In this document: piece after piece, positions 1-5,797 of the stretch
Layout of the letters: the number at the start of each line of letters is the position of its first letter
How positions within the stretch are numbered: position 1 is the stretch's first letter
Assembly (NCBI GenBank): GCA_051294375.1
Contig: JBJCIZ010000626.1
Coordinates: forward strand, 1 to 5,797
Direction: 5' to 3'
Source: Paraspadella gotoi
Taxonomy: Eukaryota > Animalia > Chaetognatha
Length of the DNA stretch: 5,797 nucleotides
The notes under the pieces: generated by a model
What the model was told of the DNA's origin: nothing
What the model saw: the letters and a program-made list of their open reading frames with translations, nothing else
Database searches by the model: none
Made by a program: the position numbers and the translations under genes

Positions 1-2658
1 CTCTTATACTATCTAGGTTTCTACACATATGTTGTTTCCGGTTTGTTGTGTGTCGACATATATCCGTGTGTTAGTGTTTTTTTTCTCACCGTTTGTGGGG
101 TTGGTTGGTCTGGGGTTAGTATGTACCATTTTTATTTTTTTGTTGCATACTTTTTTTCTCCTCCAGTTTTTGCTTTCGGGACCTTTTATTTGTTTATTGT
201 GCTATTTTCTGTTTTGGTTTACTGCGTTTCTGGGTTTTAGGTTGTACATGTCGATATTTTTTTGCGGGGTGTGTTTTATTTAGTTTTGCTCGGTCTTCTT
301 GGCGTTCGTGGAGTATGGCGGCCTGGGTCTCCTTGTGTGGGTATTTGAGGTTTTTCAACAGTCGTGGGACCTGAGTCGGTTCCAGTGTCTCATACTTTTT
401 TTACGTCAGTTGTTTGCCCATGTTGTTTTTGTATCCTCTTCATCTGAGTTGTTATTTTTTGATCTCACAGTTGTTGGGGTTTGACATATATTTGCTTGTT
501 TACTAGGGTGAGATTTCATTACGTTAGTATTTCATTCTATAGCTATACATATATAATACATAGAGGCATTCATGTTTAGCCTGTGTATCATGGTTGGTGC
601 TCTGTTTCCTGTTATTACCTTGAGTTATTATCTTTTATTTGGAGTTCGAGAAGGACCATGTGTTAGAGGGGGTGTGGAGCTCTTAGTGGAGTGGCTGGGG
701 GAGGCTTACGGGTGTACGGGTACATATATATAGTGGATGTGTGTTTTTAGGTGTCGAGGGATTTAGTACCGGATGAGGCTGGAGTCCTCTATTGATTTGC
801 TATTAATATATTTTCATAAGCACGGATTATTTTTATCTTGTATCCTACATTCATTTGTTATTTATTTTTTTTATAGACGTGAACATAGGAGACGTCTAGA
901 GGACGTGGAGATACGTTACTGAGACGGTCCCAGTGGAGGACGTGGAGACCGTCAGGAGTACTCGGTCCTAGCTTTTTTTGATTGGTTCTAACGCTGGAGG
1001 CGTTAGAACGGCGGTGAATTCCGTGGAGGAGTGAGCTGAGTTTGTGGGGTACGTTATTGTAAGTGCGTACGTGTGATTTGGAGTGTAGCCGGGAGGTGCG
1101 CGTGTGAGGGCAGGGAGTCGAGAGAGTGAATGAGGACGATATCGTGTTGGATTTTGGGTATCTGTATCCTTAGTGTGTTATATTTAACTGGTCATTATTA
1201 GTTGTGTATTTAGGTACGTGTGCAGTGGAGCCTGATACCGGTAAACGGATTACCATTTGGTGGAGTATCTTGCTGTGAGGTGGTGCCTGGGAGCCGTGAT
1301 ACGCGGGGGTATTGGTCGCGGGAGGTGTGGAGAGGATAGTGTATGATTGACTAGGAGCCTGGGGAGGGTGGGGGATGATTATGGCTGCCGATGGGAGCTA
1401 TAGTGGTAGTTGGGTGTTTTATGTTTCTTTTATTTGTTTTTTCTTCTAGGTAACGATTTCTTTTGAGGTTTCTCGCTATAAATTCGCGTTCTGTCTAGTA
1501 GAGCAGAGGTGATTGTTGGTGGGCTCGCGTTATTTGGTCCAGGTTGTGTATCTCTTTGGTTAGTGAGTACTTCTGCGGACTGACGGACGAGTTAAGTCAT
1601 ATGTCTTTGATACTTTGTGTGGGGATTGTCGTGGATTTTTTTTCTTCTGCGGTGCGTTTAGGACTATCAGGTAGGATTGATCGCGATGATGCGGATGTAT
1701 ATCAGGCTATGAGCATGGGAGGGGTGGGTTTTCCGGGATTAGTTATTACACTTTTCATTTATTTAGTCGGCGACTAGGTTTCCATATTTATACGTTCTCC
1801 TATTCTTTTATTTGTTTCTTTGTCATGGGGTTGGGTGAGTCGTCACGGTGAGGGGAGCTCCGATGTGGGTGGGACTGATCTGTTGAGGAGGCGCGCCGCT
1901 AGCGCGGGGTCTTCATTGGTTCTCGTGTGTGTCGAGGCGAATCGTGCACGGTTGAAGGTGTCGAGGTTGTCGTGATGTGTGTTCGTGAATTCTGTTGGGT
2001 GATGATGGAGTGGTTTGCGGGCTAGACGGGTGATTATCGGTAGGAGACGTGGGAGGTTGGTGTGTGAAGACGCGTGACAAGATTGTTCCAGGGTATTTCG
2101 TGATTTGTGAGATGGCTGGTTGTGTGTCTGTGAGTAGCAGTTATATGGTCCGTGTCTCGAGTGAGCCGTGCGTTGTGTCCACGGGAGTTTTAGTGGATTT
2201 TGGGTGATTTATGGTATAGATGTGGGAGATTGTGTGGATGGGTAGTGTTTTGATTGGGGGTTGTGTGGGTGAGATGGGCGGGTCGGGGAGAGTCGGGTGG
2301 TAGTGGTTGTGCGGAGTGTGTTTGGAGGAGTTGGTTGGGGTTGGCGTAAGGGTTAGGATTTGGGGGTTGGGGGATGGTTATTTTTTTAATGGAGTTTTGT
2401 TTCTGTTTGTGAGTGATGCGCCGTTTTGTTCCAGTGGATCCCGTTGATCTTGTATTTTGTTGCTGTCCGGTTCGGGTGATGAGTTTGGGTCTTGGGTGTT
2501 TGCACGCCAATGGCGCGTTTGTTGAGAGAGCATTTCCGGTGCTGCGTTGTACTTTTTGGGGGTGATTTTCGTGCCGTGTCGGTGCGAGTGCGCGGCAGTA
2601 GCTGGTGTGTTAGTGTGTCGCTATCGTTTCGTTGCGTGTAGTGTGAGTCTCGTTTGTT
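1..2658. other. Strongly G+T-skewed, apparently non-coding segment of unknown nature (possible low-quality long-read sequence)
   Basis: Hand counts give G+T = 49/60 at 61-120 and 51/60 at 2281-2340, versus 26/60 at 5641-5700. I spotted AAA only at 1243 and 1480, while T-runs are abundant. The ORFs are short and either F/L/V/G/C-rich (+) or P/T/H/Q/N-rich (-), as the composition alone would produce. Confidence 0.75.
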
Positions 2659-2731
2659 GTCGCCGGCCCGCCCGGCGACGCCTCAAATCGTGTCGGATGC
2701 TGGACACGAGATCGCACTGAGAGAATTCTCT
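2659..2731. other. Cluster of three short inverted repeats at the compositional junction
   Basis: GTCGCCGG(2659-2666)-CCCGC-CCGGCGAC(2672-2679); TCGTGTC(2688-2694)-8 nt-GACACGA(2703-2709); perfect 12-bp palindrome AGAGAATTCTCT (2720-2731). Confidence 0.8.
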
Positions 2732-3178
2732 TGAAGGGAGACCGACCCCGACTGGTAGAACATGGAGGGCAAGCCACAAAAGATTTTGCATGAAATCCCG
2801 ACCACGGTGTCAAGGAACGGAAAACTGATTGAATCTCCCCGCCGCCCACGGATACGCCGCACCCTTAGGCTTTGCCCCATATGAGGTCCATTAGATAAGA
2901 CGCGCAAGCCGGCGCCGGCCGCCGCCAAAAACCGCTCAGCCCCGAAAAGAAATTAAGAGAAAAAAAATAGACTGAGGTCGGTTCCGTACCTAAATTTTAA
3001 AAGAAAATCTCTCTCTTTCTTTAACTTTCCGAGATCGTTTTTCTCTACGTCGCCAAATTCGTTGTAAAATTATTTTAAACATTTTCGATTCTCCGCTGAA
3101 GTCAGCGTTCACACCCCTGGCGAATTTTATTTTCTCCTTTATCTCGAACAGCCGATGTTCGAACCCTGGGACGAGCCC

Positions 3179-3193
3179 TTTTTTTTTTTTTTT
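3179..3193 (+). repeat. T15 homopolymer
   Basis: Directly visible run of 15 T after GGGACGAGCCC. Confidence 0.9.
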
Positions 3194-3249
3194 CCATAAA
3201 AAATCACTTTACTAGAAAGTGAAAAAGGGAAATGAACTATTAGCCTGAA

Positions 3250-3596
3250 GGAATGCTGACACATGAACGAATAGCCGCCAACAGTTGTCGGCCGAGGCGA
3301 GACCTTTTGGGCTGGGAATGTCCGACATCCTGAAGAAATTGCCCATTAAAGCGAGGGAAATGCGGACAATCTGACGAACTAGCCTAACAGTTGTCGGCCG
3401 AGTGAATTTCCTTTTCCCTTTGAAAAACTTTTGGAAAAAAAAAATCCGTCTCGATTTAACAGATTTGGCGAGGCCGAAGAAAATATATGGCTAAACTCTT
3501 CACACTCGAGAAGAGAGAAAAAAAAATAAACGAGTCCACCTTAGAAAAATAAATCCATTCCCGATTTAACGGATTGGGTGAGGCGATTCCGGACAA
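3250..3596. repeat. Diverged direct-repeat cluster (family A)
   Basis: Exact 17-mer AACAGTTGTCGGCCGAG at 3280-3296 and 3386-3402. Related upstream blocks GG(A)AATG..GACA...GA.GAA..(T)AGCC at ~3250, ~3314 and ~3356. A ~33-nt pair: AAATCCGTCTCGATTTAACAGATTTGGCGAGGC (3442-3474) and AAATCCATTCCCGATTTAACGGATTGGGTGAGGC (3551-3584). Confidence 0.8.
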
Positions 3597-3671
3597 TTTA
3601 AGCAGGGGCGTGAGAGTGGAAGAAGTTTTGGCAGACGCACAACGGCAAACAAAACCAAACGCCGCGACGTG

Positions 3672-4620
3672 CCGACCTGCGACGCCTCACGCCTAAAGGC
3701 CTACGCCCTATCTTCGTTCCGACCAGCCGACCCCAAGGCACTAAAAAGAAGAAACAGGAGTTTGAGGATTTTTTTTTCCATTTGTTTCGATTCAATCATT
3801 TCGTCCAACGTCTGCGCGCTAATTCACAGCGCCACCTATTACGGTCCCCATTTGACGCCGCTTCCCGAGGAAAAAAGAGATAAAAGTTGAGGATCTTTTT
3901 TACTTTCTCTCTCCCCGACACGCATAGGGCCGCGAGCCACTTCCGGTCCTTTCGACGCCGCCCCAAAGAAAAGAGAGAAATCTCGAGGATTTTTTTTTAT
4001 GTTCTCTACTTCGTGCCTAAATGCCAGCGCGCCGACTTCCGGTCCGAGTCGAGCGCGCCGCCGACCCAGAAGAAAGGAAAAGAGAGAAAATTCGAGGTAT
4101 TTTTTTTTTAGCTTCTCTCTTCCGGCGAAGGCACGCGACCCCTGCGCGGTCACCGATTCACGACGCCACATACCGAGAAAAAAGAGCAGAGAAATTTGAT
4201 CTTTTTTTTGCTTTCTCCTCTCTCCCGTACGCCCGTTTCCGACGCCGTTTTCCGGTCCTTTTCGACGCCCATCCCCTGGAGATAAAAAGCGGCCAACTTT
4301 CGGCGAATCCGTCACCTTCTTTTGGAGCGTCTCTCTCTACTGGAGGCTTCCGTTCCCGCCGCCCGCCCGAGACACGCCCATTTCCGTTCACTTGTCGACG
4401 CCGGCCTGAATAGACTGAAAAATAAGGATTTTTTTAAATTTCTTCTCATCCGACGTAAAGGCCACGCCCTCTTGCGGTTTCGATTCGACGCCACCTCCGG
4501 AGATAAAGACGCCTTCCGACGTCTCGCGCCAAGGCCGCGCCCACTTCCGGTCCCTTCCGACGACTGTCCCTTGGAGATAAAGGAAACTAAAGGAAGTTGA
4601 GGATCCTTTTTTTTCGAATA
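3672..4620. repeat. Diverged tandem array of ~9 units of ~100 bp (family B), most with an imperfect palindrome
   Basis: The CGGTC/CGTTC/CGGTT core recurs at 3715, 3842, 3944, 4040, 4147, 4253, 4385, 4475 and 4548 (spacings 127, 102, 96, 107, 106, 132, 90, 73). ACTTCCGGTCC is exact at 3939, 4035 and 4543. (C/T)GACGCC occurs at 3853, 3953, 4161, 4263, 4396 and 4486. A GAGGAT-like motif followed by a T-tract occurs at 3764, 3889, 3985, 4094, ~4198, 4424 and 4599. Confidence 0.88.
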
Positions 4621-4859
4621 AATTTTGATTCTAAACAAACGGAGACGCATTCAACTCTCCCCCATTTTGCCGACGTTGAAACTTACCTGGAGATAGGATT
4701 GAAGAAGCAAAAAGGTCGCACGATCAAGACGCGACAAAAACCGATGTAGTGAAACAAAAGAATATCCTTGAGAGAAAAATTAAAAACGAGGAATTGAAGT
4801 TTACCGCAAGGCGAGAGACGCCGCCGCCTTTTCACTCCTGCTCGTCAAAAGACGAAGAG

Positions 4860-5264
4860 ATGAAAGTGTTCCGAGAGCGCCTCATGTGGCTCCACGTCAT
4901 CAACGCCGCCAACAGGAAGCTGCAGCAAGCGACGCAGCAGCAGCTGCAGCAAACAGCATTTTCCGCATTGGTTCCATTGCAGCCGAAAGCTCGGCAGCAG
5001 ATCCAGCCCCCGAGCCTGCCGCTGACCCAAGCGCTAGCCCCAGCGCAGCCCCGGCCCCAACAAGCGCCAATGCAGCAGCAAATCTGCTCAACCTTACATC
5101 TGGCCAGATGGTTCAGTGACGTTTCAACAGAAGAAATCAGATCGACTTCCGGCGCCAAGAGACGGAAAAAGAATGGAAGATCACGTGACTCAAGAATGCC
5201 CCAACGTAGCGCAGCAGCCACGCCCACAAACGGCGTAAAATTCGACATGCGGCTGCCGTCATGA
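4860..5264 (+). CDS. Hypothetical Gln/Pro-rich protein or exon with a basic NLS-like motif. It is 134 aa from the first ATG; the frame is open from 4680, and the ORF track starts it at GTG 4749.
   Basis: Longest open frame in the window: stop-to-stop 4680-5264, 194 sense codons. It has a charged, helical-looking N-part (DRIEEAKRSHDQ...ILERKIKNEELK, EEMKVFRERLMWLHVINAANRKL), a Q/P/A-rich middle (LQQATQQQLQQ...PAQPRPQQAPMQQQ) and AKRRKK. No family recognised. Confidence 0.5.
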   Translation: MKVFRERLMWLHVINAANRKLQQATQQQLQQTAFSALVPLQPKARQQIQPPSLPLTQALAPAQPRPQQAPMQQQICSTLHLARWFSDVSTEEIRSTSGAKRRKKNGRSRDSRMPQRSAAATPTNGVKFDMRLPS

Positions 5265-5566
5265 AAGCGGCGTCTTTCGCCGCCAACTTGTAATATATTT
5301 GTGTATATTTTGCAAGACGAATTATATCATTCAAGTTTTCAATATTCTCACCAATGAATTTGTAATACGGCGCTTGTCCCTATGGTGCCGACCAAGTGGA
5401 ACCGACGGCGCTGAAGACGATCGCCGCTGATTTGGAGAAAGAATTCGTGAAAAGCATTTTTGGAGAAACTTAAGAATGACCATTGGCTACACCAAACGCC
5501 CATTTCCGGCCATTTCCAGGAAGAATTCTGAATTTAGTTTGAATAAATGGAACCGAGAGAGAAACC

Positions 5567-5797
5567 ATGGAGAAACCGGATGGAATCACGCCGGCGCCGG
5601 ATGGAACCGTCGACGCCTATCTGAAGGAGAAGGACATCAGGACTGAAGACCTTATTGTTAAGTTTGCAAAGATAGATCACAGAGACGCCGCCTCAATAAC
5701 GACGCCGACGTTAAAGTCATTACAAGTTATTCAAAAAAAAGAGGGAGATGACCTTTTAGTGGACCCCTTGACGGGAACGACGCACCATAAAACAAAA
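5567..5797 (+). CDS. 5' part of a hypothetical protein truncated by the window edge (MEKPDGITPAPDGTVDAYLKEKDIRTEDLIVKFAKIDHRDAASITTPTLKSLQVIQKKEGDDLLVDPLTGTTHHKTK...)
   Basis: Manual translation gives 77 codons with no stop to the window end. The ATG is in strong Kozak context (ACCATGG), there is an in-frame upstream stop TGA at 5540-5542, and the amino-acid composition is protein-like. It is absent from the supplied ORF track, presumably because it lacks a stop. Confidence 0.5.
   Translation, partial: MEKPDGITPAPDGTVDAYLKEKDIRTEDLIVKFAKIDHRDAASITTPTLKSLQVIQKKEGDDLLVDPLTGTTHHKTK

Noticed and set aside
29-484. Hydrophobic ORFs (29-283, 43-240, 299-484) resembling mitochondrial ND subunits or membrane proteins
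   Set aside because: F/L/V/C/G richness follows from the T/G composition, overlapping frames look alike, and I recognised no ND, COX or CYTB motif.
917-935. ACTGAGACGGTCCCAG resembling a 16S rRNA motif
   Set aside because: The match is short and imperfect, with no flanking rRNA conservation.
2331-2375. Telomere-like TTGGGG/GGGTTAGG motifs and a G-quadruplex candidate
   Set aside because: There is no tandem periodicity, the G-rich strand has the wrong orientation for a left chromosome end, and such motifs are expected by chance in G/T-rich sequence.
1544-2510. ORFs 1544-1777 (+) and 2190-2510 (-)
   Set aside because: Both are short and composition-driven. The A/C-rich minus strand is T-poor and so has few stop codons.
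2610-2928. Minus-strand ORFs 2610-2849 and 2683-2928
   Set aside because: Both are short and overlapping, one crosses the suspect junction, and neither has recognisable motifs.
3672-4620. CRISPR or guide-type array with unique spacers
   Set aside because: The repeats are far too degenerate, the inter-box segments are themselves homologous (CCGAC..AAGGCC.CGCCC), and no cas-like gene is present in the window.
3598-4650. Nine overlapping ORFs on both strands across the array
   Set aside because: They are R/K/F/P-rich translations of repeat DNA with homopolymer tracts, mutually overlapping and without a consistent frame.
4681-4700. U1 snRNA 5' end (ACTTACCTGG)
   Set aside because: The downstream sequence does not follow U1 stem-loops or an Sm site. 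It is better read as a minus-strand donor site or chance.
4832-5334. Antisense and alternate-frame ORFs (4832-5248, 4845-5030, 4886-5119, 4900-5091, 5137-5334)
   Set aside because: These are shadows of the CAG/GCA-rich + strand ORF (poly-C, poly-L and poly-A readings). The Ala-rich 4886-5119 frame cannot be strictly excluded.

Overview
The window has two very different halves. Positions ~1-2658 are strongly G+T-skewed and A/C-poor, with no recognisable gene, RNA or periodic repeat. They are either an unusual strand-biased segment or, quite plausibly, low-quality long-read sequence. The composition switches abruptly at ~2659, at a cluster of three short inverted repeats. Positions ~2659-5797 look like real, CpG-rich, probably eukaryotic or eukaryotic-virus/mobile-element DNA. 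This half has ~2 kb of non-coding sequence holding two diverged repeat families. Family A (~3250-3596) has repeated AAC(A/G)G..GG..GAG motifs and an imperfect palindrome. Family B (~3672-4620) has ~9 tandem ~100-bp units, each with a CACTTCCGGTCC-like box, a TTCGACGCC box and usually a purine-arm/GAGGAT/pyrimidine-arm imperfect palindrome. These are followed by a Q/P-rich ORF with a basic NLS-like motif (4680/4860-5264) and an ORF running off the right edge (5567->5797). I do not recognise any gene family. No rRNA, tRNA, CRISPR array or transposase was found. All coordinates and alignments were read by eye.
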